A program made the position numbers and the translations under genes. A stretch of 63,944 bases of DNA, taken from Octopus bimaculoides. Its lineage: Eukaryota. The notes under the pieces were generated by a model, which saw nothing but the letters and a program-made list of their open reading frames with translations, did not search any database and was not told the DNA's origin. The stretch lies in assembly GCF_001194135.2 (NCBI RefSeq), contig NC_068988.1, forward strand, positions 54,648,533-54,712,476, written 5' to 3'. This document shows, one piece after another, positions 24,733 to 38,343 of this stretch (position 1 is the stretch's first letter; every line of letters starts with the position of its first letter).

Positions 24733-25018
24733 CTCTTTAGCATTCATATTACTCATCAAATCTAATGCTTATTTAATCACATTGCTTTGAATTTATCATG
24801 AATCATCTCATAGCTTTGAGATTTCAATGATGTGATTATCATCATCATCATTTAACATCCGCTTTCCATGCTAGCATGGGTTGGACGATTTGACTGAGGA
24901 CTGGTGGTATTTTTAAAATGATATCTTAGAGTAGGCATGAGAGGCTGGATCTGGCTGGTTTGAACATAAAACTGGTTGACTATTTGGGCCAGATATGGAC
25001 AGATTAAATGCTGAAGGG
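24733..25018 (+). mobile_element. TTAA MITE copy carrying an RTE-tail insertion (about 24840-24903)
   Basis: ttaa|ctctttagcatt...aatgctgaaggg|ttaa. Confidence 0.85.
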
Positions 25019-27164
25019 TTAAACAGTGCCAAAGAACAAGCTCCAATAAATGTAACAAAATTTGAATTTACTCATTCAGTACCTCAACTCTGTAACTGTA
25101 TAAACGTTGCTTTAGAATTCAGAAATTAAAAAAAAAATCTATTCATATAACAATAGTCCTTGTCTTTCAGACATTCCCCAAATTTTTTCGTATTATGGCT
25201 CCAGTGGTTATGTTTATTCTGAGGTCTCCTAATCTGATGCAGTCAAGGTTTCCAATCGCAATACCATCCTTACAAACAAAAGCATTCACTGCACAAAGAA
25301 AATAACAATGATAATGTGATTGATAAGTGAGGGCATGAAAAATTGTGTCCAGAGCTTATAAATATATTTATAAGCTCTGTAAACCTACTAAATACTGTTC
25401 TAGTTTGATAAGACTATTTAGTTTATCTCTTCAAATTTCTCTTTTCTATTTTTGTACAAACAATCTTGAAACAATTAAAAAATAATATTTTAGTGAGTAA
25501 TTTGATGTTAATCATAAACTGGAGGTTCCTTTAATCTCTGCTTAACTTATTAGGTATGCCAGCCTGGTTATAAGCTTTTGGTATGACAACATTCCTTAGA
25601 TTAGAATCCTGATCCTTCAGCTATTTTTCTTCCTTCCATGTTCCTAGTTCACTGATTATTTGTTTTTAAGCTCTTATAGATATCCTATGATCGCTGTTTC
25701 ATAAAGATTGCGTATGCTTCAGAGGACAGGTTTGCATGTCTGCTTCCTGTGCTGATATGCTTGCTTGTTACATCTCCATTTCAAGTGGAACTCCAGCAAC
25801 AGCCTCTATTTGAGGGATTTGTTGGGACTTATAAAAGTCAGCAATGTTGTGAATGTCTTGGGTTATGAAGTCTTGCTGTGGCCACCAGTTTCGAGTTGTG
25901 TAACCTTATTATTGCTGGTTAATCAGATGGATCATCTTACTTGACAGCAGTCATCAACTTCAAGCCTATTGGTACATGTAGCGGCTACTCAATTACATTT
26001 CCCAAGTGTGTTTTGGCTACATGAAAGGCATCTTCTATATAAAAAAAATATGAAGTTTGTGACTTAGGCTTCAGTTTTTCATCAGTGAATTAGATTGGTA
26101 TTCATTTTTGTTTGTGCATTCAGTATGATACTTTTCTCTAAAAATTGAGCTGTCAGCCCTCATATTTTGGAAGATTATAAATAAACAGTAGACCTTTCAT
26201 AATCAACCTTATTGACTTCCAGATGGAATAGGTGTTTGTGGCTTACAAACTTTTCCTAAGAACATAGTAAATGAAATATATTTGACCAGCTATCAAAGCT
26301 AGCTCACAGACTGAGTTCATTATGGGCCTAGTATATATGTTAAGGCACTCCAAATATGAACTTGAAAATTTGAAATATTTTCTGTTTGAGTAGCACAAGA
26401 CAAGTAAATTGGAGTTGTGGTGGGTAAACCGAGGGTCTCTTGTGCAATGTATCATTTGAATGATCTGTGACCTAAAGGTCATGAGTTGAATTCTCTAGTG
26501 ATTCATAGAGTGTTTCACTAGCTGAAAATTCAAGACTAAAAGTGACTATAAGCAGATTCTGTGACCTAACAAACAGGAGACCTAAATTATCATTATCTTC
26601 ATAATTCTAACATTCACTTTTCCATGCTTGTATGAGTCAGAGAAAGTTTATTGAAGCAGATTTTTTTATGGCTGGATGCCCTTCCTATCAGCAACCTTCA
26701 CCTGTTTCCAAGCAAGGTGGTATTTTTCATGGCCAAACATTCTCATCAGTTGACACTATATGTTTATTACTGAAAGGAATCATTGCAGCTGATTATAAAG
26801 CAATATGCAAAATATAATTCAGTAGGGAAATACTACCTGATAGCACTACAACTTTACATAGAATTCCACAAAATATGTGTAAAATAGCTATGGAAGTTTT
26901 GCTAATCGCAAAATAGAAACCAAAATTAAATACACAAATACATCATATGTAAAAGAATAACTTGTAATATCATGCTACCTGTCAGAACTTACCATTATAT
27001 AATTGTAAATTCAATGTTGAAGATTTTATCAGCTCTAAAATTATTCCCAAGGCTCATTGCAACTTTCTACAGAATGTGCAGAATACTTACCATAACAACA
27101 GTCTATATTGAAAATGAGTTTGTGAAAGCTTTGAAGTTTCAGAAAAGTAGGTCTATGAACATGG

Positions 27165-27552
27165 TTGCAGGCATGGGTATGTGGTTAGAACGCTTGCTTT
27201 GCGACCACATGATTTAGGGTTCAGTCCAACTATGCAGTAAGCTTGTGCAAATATCGTCTACTATACCCCCCCCCCCCCAGGCCAACCAACACTTGGGAGT
27301 GAATTTGGTAGACGGAAACTGTGTAGAAACCCATTGGATATATAAGGCTGTTTGTGTTTGTCTCCTCACTAACACATGACCACTGGTGCTGGTTTGTTTA
27401 CATCGCTGTAACTTAGTGGTTCAGCAAAAGAGATCAATAGAATAACTACCATATTTAAAAATTAGTACTGGAGTTGATTTGTTTGACTAAGCCCTTCGAG
27501 GTGTACCCCAGTATGGCCATGTTCCAATGACTGAAACGAGTAAAAGACAAAG
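27165..27552 (+). mobile_element. Family A SINE, full length, diverged
   Basis: Colinear with 14346-14760. Confidence 0.85.
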
Positions 27553-27667
27553 ATTATTGCTCCTAACAAAATATGAAGAACTAATAATACAAAAAAAAAA
27601 CTTTAATAACAAGGAAATTATTAAATTAAACATGGTCATATTTTTAATGTACAATGTGTGAAAGAAA

Positions 27668-27832
27668 AGCTGGGCTGTGTGGTAAGTAACCTGCTTACCA
27701 ACCACATGGTTCTAGGTTTAGTCCCACTGCGTGGCACTTTGGGCAAATGTCTTCTGCTATAACCCTGGGCCGACCGAAGCCTTGTGAGTGGGTTTGCAAG
27801 ATGGAAACTGAAAGAAGCCTGTCATATATATA
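27668..27832 (+). mobile_element. Family A SINE 5' half, cut by assembly gap
   Basis: Head and central domain match 14346-14510 and run into (TA)n then Ns. Confidence 0.85.
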
Positions 27833-28771
27833 NNNNNNNNNNNNNNNNNNNNNNNNNNNNNNNNNNNNNNNNNNNNNNNNNNNNNNNNNNNNNNNNNNNN
27901 NNNNNNNNNNNNNNNNNNNNNNNNNNNNNNNNNNNNNNNNNNNNNNNNNNNNNNNNNNNNNNNNNNNNNNNNNNNNNNNNNNNNNNNNNNNNNNNNNNNN
28001 NNNNNNNNNNNNNNNNNNNNNNNNNNNNNNNNNNNNNNNNNNNNNNNNNNNNNNNNNNNNNNNNNNNNNNNNNNNNNNNNNNNNNNNNNNNNNNNNNNNN
28101 NNNNNNNNNNNNNNNNNNNNNNNNNNNNNNNNNNNNNNNNNNNNNNNNNNNNNNNNNNNNNNNNNNNNNNNNNNNNNNNNNNNNNNNNNNNNNNNNNNNN
28201 NNNNNNNNNNNNNNNNNNNNNNNNNNNNNNNNNNNNNNNNNNNNNNNNNNNNNNNNNNNNNNNNNNNNNNNNNNNNNNNNNNNNNNNNNNNNNNNNNNNN
28301 NNNNNNNNNNNNNNNNNNNNNNNNNNNNNNNNNNNNNNNNNNNNNNNNNNNNNNNNNNNNNNNNNNNNNNNNNNNNNNNNNNNNNNNNNNNNNNNNNNNN
28401 NNNNNNNNNNNNNNNNNNNNNNNNNNNNNNNNNNNNNNNNNTATATATATATATATATATATATATATTACATGCATACATACACAAGTTTTTGTTTAAT
28501 TGATCCACAAATCCCCACCCACCTATATGTAAGAGTCTTGTTAATTTTTTCAAGTAAAGAGCTGAGGACATATATGTAATTATTCTTGCAACCCCCTACG
28601 CGCACATGCACAAAGCTTGTACGAAAAAGCATACATTTACATATGTACACAGCTTGTGCAGAGAAGCATGCACACACATACATATTAATATATATTGAAC
28701 CTAGTTGAGGTCACTCTATTTGTTATAAATAGCAGCCAGTTCTCCTTCAAATTACTTCCTACCATCTTCAG

Positions 28772-28823
28772 AAGGGTCACATTGGATAACATAGTCTTAG
28801 ACGTACAAAAAGATATGATGGTC
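28772..28823 (+). CDS. Candidate exon (x-RVTLDNIVLDVQKDMMV) or alternative first exon supplying ATG-ATG-GTC (28815-28823)
   Basis: Pyrimidine-rich acceptor cttcctaccatcttcag, donor GTC|gtaagt, phase-0 end matching exon 39229. TATAAATA at 28724-28731. Cannot follow exon 13419 directly (TAA in frame 0). Confidence 0.4.
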
Positions 28824-29269
28824 GTAAGTGGAAAGCCTTTAAAAATAACTCGTGCTCAGGAGTCGACTGGAGCTAAACAGCAACCATTAAACACAGATCC
28901 ACACAGACACCAACATCTACATCAAATATATGAGTATAAATCTGCACAAATAGTATATGCATGCAATCGCCACCCTCCCATAGCTACAGACACATACCAA
29001 CCAAGTTTTTCTTCACCACTCCTTAAGACTAATTATGTCAGTCTGTGTATATATGTTTATTGGAGTTAACTAACATGTAACTGATGACATTGAGAGAGAC
29101 AGAATGAGGGATAGTGAGGGAGCACATTAAAAGGAGATAGAGTGACTTGTAGATGAGAGATTAATGAAGAGAGTGGGAGAGCAGTAGATGAAGACTTAAT
29201 ATGAATATAATGGTTGAGAAAAGCCCAAATCTACATGTTATAACATCTCAGTTTCCGTTACCACCACCA

Positions 29270-29830
29270 CCACTACCATTATCGTTTCTTATCCATTTTT
29301 CTTTTGCTTATATGGGTTGAGCAGGTCTTTTCTTGCACAGCATTTCCTGCCATCATTTATCAGCCGTCGTTTCCTTTGTCAGGTTAAGGTTTCCTATTCC
29401 ACAAGTTCCATCTGTTAGGAACACTCAGCAGTTTTTTTTCTTTTTTTTTTTTACACCTGACATCCTCTATATGCATCACAAGCCTGTAAAAACATACTTT
29501 TCTCCCTTGCATTCTACATACAATTCCTCTTATATCCAATTTTTCTCTCACCTCATTTCTGCTCCATCATTCATGCAGACTAACATTACACACCCAAAGG
29601 AGCATGCTCATACTATTTCCTTTCAAACTTTGCAAATTCTTTGCATCCACAACGAATATCTCTATACTATGCAACATAGTGCTTCTCTGCTTCACATATA
29701 AGCATCATCATACAGTCTGCCTTTCACTCTAAAAGTGAAAATGTTGCCAGCAGATTTAATAACTCCTTCACTCTTCTACCCTGTTCTTGCTGTTATGGCT
29801 CTGCTTTCAAAACACTGCTATTAGGTCACC
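29270..29830 (-). mobile_element. Decayed RTE LINE 3' end including its tail
   Basis: Minus-strand remnants VKGRLYD and SMLLWVCNVSLHE*WSRNEVREKLDIRGIVCRMQ, with frameshifts and stops. Confidence 0.8.
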
Positions 29831-31314
29831 AAAATCCGTGGTTCTCAAGCTTTAATTTGTCGTAAAAATCATGATTTTTTCCAAAGTTGTTATGTCCTGT
29901 TTTAGGTCAGAGAGACTACTGTGTACAGAAAGAGTTGGTGGTGTGGAGAGGACAAAGGACCAGCGATAGAATATCAGATATTTCATTTAAAAGCTACTTG
30001 TAGCAGTCAATCTAAAATCAGCTGAGGATTTCATTTTTTTAAGAATTATATTAAGGTGCAAAAATTTTCTCAGGTGCTTGGAATTCTCGTTAAAAGTAGT
30101 TGTGAGCTTGTGTATGATAACAGGTCTGAATTTCTGGAAAGTTTCCTTGAAAAAATTCTGGAATTTCTGTATTTTTAGTATTTATGATATCACAAGCCTT
30201 TATAAATAAGAGAAATAATTCTTCTTTGAGATGGGGAGTCTTGAGGCAGACAAAGCTGTAAACAATAGGGTATAAATATTGGGTTTAAAAACCTCTTGGA
30301 TAGAAAATACAAATTTTATTATTATTATTCATGGTTTAATAAACTCATCAAAAGTTTCTTTCCTTTTATCAAAAAGAACCAGATTCATTTTGGAAATACA
30401 TTTGAGCTTTATGGTGGTAGGGGATGTCTGAATTAATTGGCCACTGAACAAAATGCCTTGTGGAAAGTACCTTTACCTGTCAACATTCTTTTCAACCTTC
30501 ACCAATCCCCTGCTTTGGAATCCAACATTTCATTATCACATTGTAGACAAGCATCATCTTCCAGTCATCTAGCAGAGGCAGTTGTTTCCTGAACTTTTTC
30601 TCCTCTGTTCTTGGGTCAATAAAACAAGTACCTATTAAATACTAGGGTTGATATAAGTGACTTAACCTTAAAGGTAATATCCTAGCATTGTCACATTCCA
30701 GTAACTGAAACCAGTTAAAGATTAAATACTGCGTGAGGATTCTCCAGCAGCATATATTATCGTTCTTTGAATTACTACATTCTAGAACATGCTTATGGCT
30801 ATCTTTATAAGTCAGTTGTCAATGTCTTTAACAGAGGTGGTTGTTTGTCTTTCTAATAGTGTGAATTACAAATGGTTGCCACAGATACATTCCTTAACTC
30901 TCACACTGTCTTTTAATTCATCAGCTTAGTCTGTATAATTCCTTATCTTTTTGGCTTGCTTCTGCACAGCATTGTAGCCATTTGGCATTGCTATGCCATT
31001 TAACATATTTTCATTGTATCATGTAAATTATGTTGAGTATGATATGATATCTGAAGGTCTGTCTGCAAGTTTAAGTTTCACAGTATTATTTCTGAGTGGA
31101 AGAACCAGTAAAGTGTTGGAAAATGCTTTTTTTGCTATTTAGTTGTTTCTGAGTTCAAATTCCAATGAGGTTGATTTTTATTTTTCTTGCCTCTGGGATG
31201 AATAAATTAAATATCACAAGTGTACCGGAACTTGATTCAGTGGCCTACATCTTTTCTTCACAAACTTGTATTCCTGTACCAAAATAAGAGCTCATTGTAA
31301 TTATTGCTATTACT

Positions 31315-31535
31315 GAAAGGTGATGAGCTGGCAGAAACTTTAGCACATCAGGCAAAATTCTTAGCTGCATTCCATCTGTCTGTATGTTCCAAAGTTCAAA
31401 TTCTGCTGGGGGAGCGGTTTACCTTTCATCTTTTCATAGTTGATAAAATAAGCACCAGTTGATCTTCTGGGGTCAATGTAATCAACTTATCCCCTGAAAT
31501 TGCTGACCCCATGCCAAATTTTGAGACCATTATTA
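31315..31535 (+). mobile_element. Family B SINE
   Basis: gatgagctggcagaaac head, core and tail. Confidence 0.78.
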
Positions 31536-31959
31536 CTGTTACTGTTTTGTCTCAGAATAAGTAGAGTGCTAAGCAAAATATTTTCCAATATGGAACGAGG
31601 TGATTAGGCTCAGTTGTTTGAATTCTGATGATTTGGCATGGCTGACTGGGCATTCAATCTGTTTTGGCAGCAGTTCTTTTTTGGTGTTGGCAGTAAGTAT
31701 ACATATATTTTCAGAAATATACACATACAATTAGAAAGAGTGAGAGACATTATAATCTATTAATCGAACATGATTGACATAAACACTCTCACTCTCCTCA
31801 TAAAGAAATATGCTCACACATAAAATGGAGAAAGATGTGGAAGGAAAAAAGGAGAAAAATATTTTAAATGTTTGATGTCAAATAAGCGTTGAATCAGCAA
31901 CACCAAATAGGTGGCACCAAAACGGTTATGCCAAACTGCCTCATACCCCTCTCTGTTAG

Positions 31960-32125
31960 GAGGCACATGTACACATACAACGATAACTTTCACCTGCCAA
32001 ATTCAATCACAAGGCTTCAGTTGGCCCGAGGCAGAAGACACTTGCCCAAGGTGCCATGCAGTGGGACAGAACGCGAAACCATGTGGCTAGGAAGCAAGTT
32101 ACTTACCACACAGCCATGCTTGCAT
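31960..32125 (-). mobile_element. Family A SINE head fragment
   Basis: cttgcccaaggtgccatgcagtgggac...accacacagcc matches the head in reverse. Confidence 0.8.
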
Positions 32126-33556
32126 CTTTGCAATATATAGATATATCCCTATGCCTGAGTCCAAATCATGGTTTGACTTAGCTTTTCATCATCTATAAAT
32201 TGTTAAAATCAGCAGCTAAGGTTTAATTCCCAGTGTTAGCTGTTTTCATTCGACATAATTGACTCATGTTCTTTGAAAATGGACAAACAACAATTTACTG
32301 ATTTCTTTCTTGTAAAACTTCACAACACCACCATCAATATCATTAATTCTACTCCCAAAGGATTGTGGACTAGCAGAATCGCTAGAGCATTTGACTAACT
32401 CTCTTGCAAGATTTTGTTGTTCCAAATTTGAAATCTGCCAAAGTTTCAACTTATGCTCTTATCATTTCAGAGTGTATGTGGGCTTTGTCACGTGGTCAAT
32501 TTCTTATGAATCTCTTCAACATCTTTCTTCCATGGTCAGTGAGGTACCAGCTGGGTGGTAGGGCTGCTGTAATTGACTTACACTCTTTCTGAAAATGTAG
32601 CTTTGTGCCTATGTTAGAAACCAAACTAGTTAATTATTCCTCCCCACAATACAAGTTTTTTTCCATTTACTCTCACTGTTGCTGGCAAATTTGCTGTTGA
32701 AGTGAGCTTCTTTTTTTATATCAATATTCTAGTTGTTGTTGTCATTTAGTCCCAGGTAATCAAGCATTGCAGCCATAGCAATCTTGTTCTTTTATCCAGA
32801 CCTAATTGGTCTTAGGACTGCATTACTCAGTGTGTTTTTTCTTAAAGATGGAAGAATGTGATTTGAGGAAAATTTGGTTGTTATTACTAACCAGTTGAGC
32901 AGCCATGTAGTAGCTTTCTTCTCGGTTAACCCAACTGGGATACAGTTACCATTTTAGAAGTCACTTGGTGGGGTGGTTGTAGCAAGAAGCAGAAACCCAT
33001 GAAAATGTCCTCTATTCCAGTTATAACATCATTGGTGATGATGATGATGAGGAGGAGGAAGAGGAAAACAATTGAAAAAACATAATTTTCGTTAAATATC
33101 TCTCCTTCCCCTACCAAATGCTAACGTCTGTAATATGTCACAGATTCAAAAGATTTAAGGGTTGATGTCAGAGGAATATTTTGGCTCCACGACCTCCTTA
33201 TGTAAATCTCAGCTGTGGTTTCAGATAACTTCAACATGAATCAAGTGCTCTGGACAGGTGTCAGCTGGAAGACTGTTGTTGATTCTCAAGAGATGAAGAG
33301 AAATAGATAGATAGAGACAGAAAAGCTTCACACTGTTATTCAAAAGTTAACCTTCAATATTATTAGTTTAGACTTTGATAGTCATTTAATTTTGGCAGAA
33401 GTGTGAGTGTGAGTGTTTAATGTTTCATACAGTTATAAGTCTAATCTCATGTCAAAAAACTGAGGATTATGACTTGAAATACAGCAAAAACACCATATAT
33501 TCTCTGTCACATTGTATTGAGTAGTCTCATTTGTGCGAATTATGCTTACCTAATCT

Positions 33557-33594
<38 letters not shown>

Positions 33595-33730
33595 CATTTT
33601 ATGCATAGTAATTAGAGTAACCTTCATAATTTTATTGAATTAGGTCCATATTTTGCCATATATGGAAAATGTTACTATCGATCTATTTTATTCAAGGTAG
33701 GCACTGCCTACCTAGGTGGGCACATCCCTG

Positions 33731-33772
<42 letters not shown>

Positions 33773-34806
33773 ATCATCATCATCGTTTTATGTCCACTTT
33801 CCATGCTGGCATGGGTTTGACTGAGAACTGATGAGCCAGATGCTATACCAGGTTCAATCTGATCTGGCAAAGTTTCTATAGGAAGGGCATCCTGCTGTAG
33901 AAACTTTGCCTGATCAGATTGAGCCTGGTGCAGCCTCTAGCTCACCATGGGTGCTTTTTATATTGCTCTAGTACAGGTGTTATGTACATGGAAGCAGCAT
34001 GGGTGTTTTGTAAGTGGCATCAGCACCTGCAAGCTTACAAGACAAGGCCCTCTCAGCTGAGAGAGGGAGTGGAACTAAGAGATTAGAGTATGATAGAGGG
34101 ACAGTAACACTCCTCTTACTATCGAAGAAATACTTGGTAAATATTTATTGTATGCTTAAACTCCTGACAATGCATATGCACCATTGGAGTTGCATGTGCA
34201 TTGTAAAACAAATAATTTTCTTATCTCACAAGTGTTGAACGAAATATGTCACTCAAAACTATAAATCATTTCTCAGGTAATTCTATACCAACATTGTTGC
34301 ATTTTTGTGGTTAGTTATCACTTAAGAGTTGGAGTAAGACTAATTTTTGAGGTGTTATTCGCAATGCTTTCATTTTTTAATTGGTAAATTCATTGTTCGC
34401 TACTGTGATGGTTTTGATGGTGATAATAATGATGATGTAGATTTGTACTGTATAGATTAGCAGTTGTAGTGGTGACAATGTTAATGAGCTAGCTGTCGTA
34501 GTGGTGGCAGTAGATGTGTTACTGTTAATTCTTGTCTAATAAGAATGACTAATTCAGTCTACTACACTCTCTGATCTGAATGGACCTATAATTAAGTAGT
34601 ATAGCATTGACCACAACACACACACACTCTCCCTCTCTTTTTCTTTCTCATACACACACATGCATGCACATGCCTATACACACACACACACACACACACT
34701 GTATGCTCCTTAGTTTGTTCATTCAGTTGGATTAATTAAGAAATCTCTTTGTTGTTTGTTGATATAAAGTTTCCTCCTATTCATTCTTTACGGACTTTGT
34801 TACATG

Positions 34807-34909
<103 letters not shown>

Positions 34910-34959
34910 TGTTATGTATGTTTGTTTTCAAAGTATTAAGGTATGAGAGAATGAAGTTA

Positions 34960-35275
34960 TGGTTGTGTGGTTAGGGAGCTCACTTAACAACCACATGGTT
35001 AGGGGTTCAGCCTCACTGCATGGCACCTTGGGCAAATTTCTTCTACGATAGCCCTTGGCCAACTAATGCCTTGTGATTGAATTTGATAATCAGAAACTGT
35101 GTGGAAACCCATCGTGTGTGTTCCCCACCCTGCTTGACAACAAATGTTGGTTTGTTTATGTTCCTGTAACTTGTTCAGCAAAAGATACAAATAAAATGAG
35201 CATTAGGCTTAAATAAAATTGAGTCCTTCAAGGTGGTGCTCCAGCATGGCCACAGTCCAGTGACTGAAACGATAG
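34960..35275 (+). mobile_element. Family A SINE, diverged
   Basis: Head, central domain and gtggtgctccagcatggcc tail are all present. Confidence 0.8.
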
Positions 35276-35804
35276 ATACAGTTATGTGGTGGTGTGTTAA
35301 ATCTATGATCAGCTCTGACTGTTGTATTAACCTCATTGATTAATGGGCAATATAATTTCAGTAGATTAGTGGTCATTGACCTTAGTTTAATCTCTCAATG
35401 GATTAGTAGTGAATAGTTAGTCACTTCTGGTGATTAGTTATGACAGTTATTGAATAATAGTTAATCATTTGAAATTCATTGGTACTATCAGTAGTTAGTA
35501 TCATCAATAAATTCTTAGTTAATGCCATATTTGTTCTTCTATTTGTCATTAATTACCTCAATAATTTAACAGTGTCAGTAGCAACTGCATCATAGGAATC
35601 AATTTGTTCATTATTGGGCAAACTTCATTTTTGTATATCTGTGATATCAACTGCCCAAAGAACATCTTTAGTATTATGTGGGCCATAAGTTCCTTTATAC
35701 CATTATGGTATTATCTGGATGACAATCAATGTTATACTACTTTGGTATTATATGGTCAATGAACAGAGAATGCTAATACCATCTGTTAAACATCAATGCA
35801 GGTG

Positions 35805-36040
35805 CCAAAGAACCTGAGGGACCTACACCAAGTGGATGTTGATGTTTTCAAAACAAAATTGGATCTCTTCCTGCCAAAAGTCCCAGATGAATCCACCTCA
35901 TGACAGGAGAGCGACATCAAACTCCCTTATTCACCAAATGCCACATATCAGAGGAAGCTCTCAATAATAACAGTGCAGCAAAATGGCGGTGCTCCAGCAT
36001 GGCCACTGCTTGGAGCAGAAACTGATAAAAAAAAAAAAGT
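35805..36040 (+). mobile_element. CR1-group LINE 3' terminus
   Basis: VPKNLRDLHQVDVDVFKTKLDLFLPKVPDE, then a 3' UTR ending ggcggtgctccagcatggcc...(A)n. Confidence 0.72.
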
Positions 36041-37789
36041 ATCACTGTCATGCACGTGGTGTCCTTTGTTTCCAATCTTCTGCGAAAACGTCATAGGGAA
36101 ATATTAATATACTTCGAAACAAGGGTTAGCAAGAAGGGTATCTGACCATAGAAAAATCTGCCTCAAATTTCATCCGAGTCATGCAAACCTGGAAATGTAG
36201 ATGGTAACAAAAAATAAAGTATTCTTCTCTTTACATGAAAGATGACAAATCATATCTATAAAAGTGTCTTGTATTAAATGAGACATGACACTTCTGTGTA
36301 CTTATAAAGTATGATCCTTTGAAGTAGACACTTCCAATGCACTTATGAAAAATGTTTCCCTGGAGAAAACATATACTACTTATGTAGTATTTGTTTGGAA
36401 AAGATGGTACTTTACCATGGTGCTACACAGGAAATCTGTCCATGCTACTCATGGAAATATTGCATGTAAGAACGACACTGTACGTCATGGTAGTACATCA
36501 TGGTAATCATTTTAATTAGTCAAACACTCTGCTGGTACTAACATTGAATTATTTTAGAGTGGTTATATTAGACTTGTTTTTTTCATGTCCGGTTCTACAA
36601 AATTCCATGGGACAGCTGGGACACTAAGCTACCAAGCTTATGTTTACTCAAGTATTTTATTAAGTCAAATCATGTCGGAGTTTACTGTACCTTCTCTTTT
36701 CAAAGTTCATTAAAATGATATCAGTCATTTACTGAAGTGAATTTGAATAAAAATACTTATCCTCTTCAAATTTGTGACGTTGTGCCAATGTAAAAAGAAT
36801 CATTATTTCCAAACTTATTCATCTATTTCAGTTCTTTCTTTAAGGCAAGCATCATCCTTTTTCTCAATGACATTATGATTATCAATTCCCTATTTCAGAA
36901 TGATAATTCCATCCCCCACTCCAACCACCCCCTTATGTTTCCTCTGACCTTTATAAGGATCAAGAATTAACTAAGTGTCAGAAAGTCATTACTAACAATT
37001 TACTATTGCTTTTTGTGAAACTTCCCTGCTCCTTCATCTGTTCCCTACCCTGACTTTATCAATTACCTAAGCACTTAGCATACTGATATTCTATTGTATC
37101 CTCATAACAACAAGACCTTTGATTTACCCCTTCAAAATAATAAACCACTGACCTTTCTCATCATGAACCTTTCATTCTGTTCCCCCAGTTTACTGGAACA
37201 ATATTGTTAATGAACAATAAGTGATATGTGTAGGGGTTAGGGTGGGGGAGTCAGGGTTGTTCTGGTCATGTGACCCCATCCAACTTTAGCTTCACTGTTG
37301 GCCTCTATAGTAGAGGAATCCATGTATTTTACACTAGAAACCTACTCCTCTTTTGAACCTATCTATTGTCTTTTTGTATTCAAAAGAACAAAAATAGAAA
37401 GTTTTTGTTTTTTGCTTTCAACCACTGGCACAGTCACCTAATTTTCACAGAATGTAGTGATTGGTGATGACTTTAACGACAGTGATTGCATGTGGCAGAG
37501 AGGGGGATATAGCACGGTGGTGGGGGTGGATGTAAATAACTTTGGGATTTGTTGTATATGTTTTATGCATGAGCGAGGGAAATTACCCAGTCACTTTAAG
37601 GCCCTTAGACTAAATGTAGCGAGTGTAGAAAAAAAATAATAACAAAACTTAGCTATGTGTAGTAATGATTGCATGAATGTGTGAATAAAAAATTCACTTT
37701 ATAATCATGTGGTTTCAAGTTCTATCTCCCTGTGTGTGGCCCTATAATCCTTAAGCTTTTAGACTGGCAAGATTAATTCAAGATATTGT

Positions 37790-38072
37790 CGCCATTGCTG
37801 CCTCTCTGGCACCTGTGCCAGCGGCACGTAAAAAGTTACATTCAGGTGTAGCTGATACCAGTGCCACCTGACTGGCTCCTGTGTTGGTGGCATGTAAAAA
37901 GCACCCACTACACTCTCGGAGTGGTTGGCATTAAGAAGGGCATCCAGCTGTAGAAACCTTGCCAAATCAGATTGGAGCCTGGTGCAGCCTCCCAGCTTGC
38001 CAGTTCTTGGTCAAACTGTCCAACCCATGCCAGTGTGGAAAGTGGATGTTAAATAACGAGAATGATGATGAT
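37790..38072 (+). mobile_element. Family D element
   Basis: ggcacgtaaaaag / ggcatgtaaaaagcacccactacactct...ccaacccatgccagtgtggaaagtggatgttaaat. Confidence 0.78.
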
Positions 38073-38101
38073 AGTAATCTGAATGTGAGTATCTTCTACT
38101 G

Positions 38102-38343
38102 CAGTGGTTCTCAACCATTTTTTGTCTGTGGGTCCCTTTAATTCCAATTTTACTCCACTAGACCTTCATAGCCATTCAATATATATAAATAAAAAAAAAT
38201 CCCGTATTTTTATAATTAAATATTATTAGGAATTGTATAAAAAGAAGAAATTTAATATTTTGTGTATCGTAGAAATTTAAGCAATTTATTGTACATACAC
38301 TTTAAAAACAAAATCTTATATGGACCCCAGCTGAGAACCCCTG
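38102..38343. mobile_element. hAT (Charlie-like) MITE
   Basis: TIRs cagtggttctcaac / gctgagaacccctg; TSD ttctactg / ttttactg (7/8). Confidence 0.88.

Noticed and set aside
25520-25900. Possible old LINE coding remnant on the minus strand
   Set aside because: Too degenerate to assign a motif by eye; needs RepeatMasker or BLASTx.
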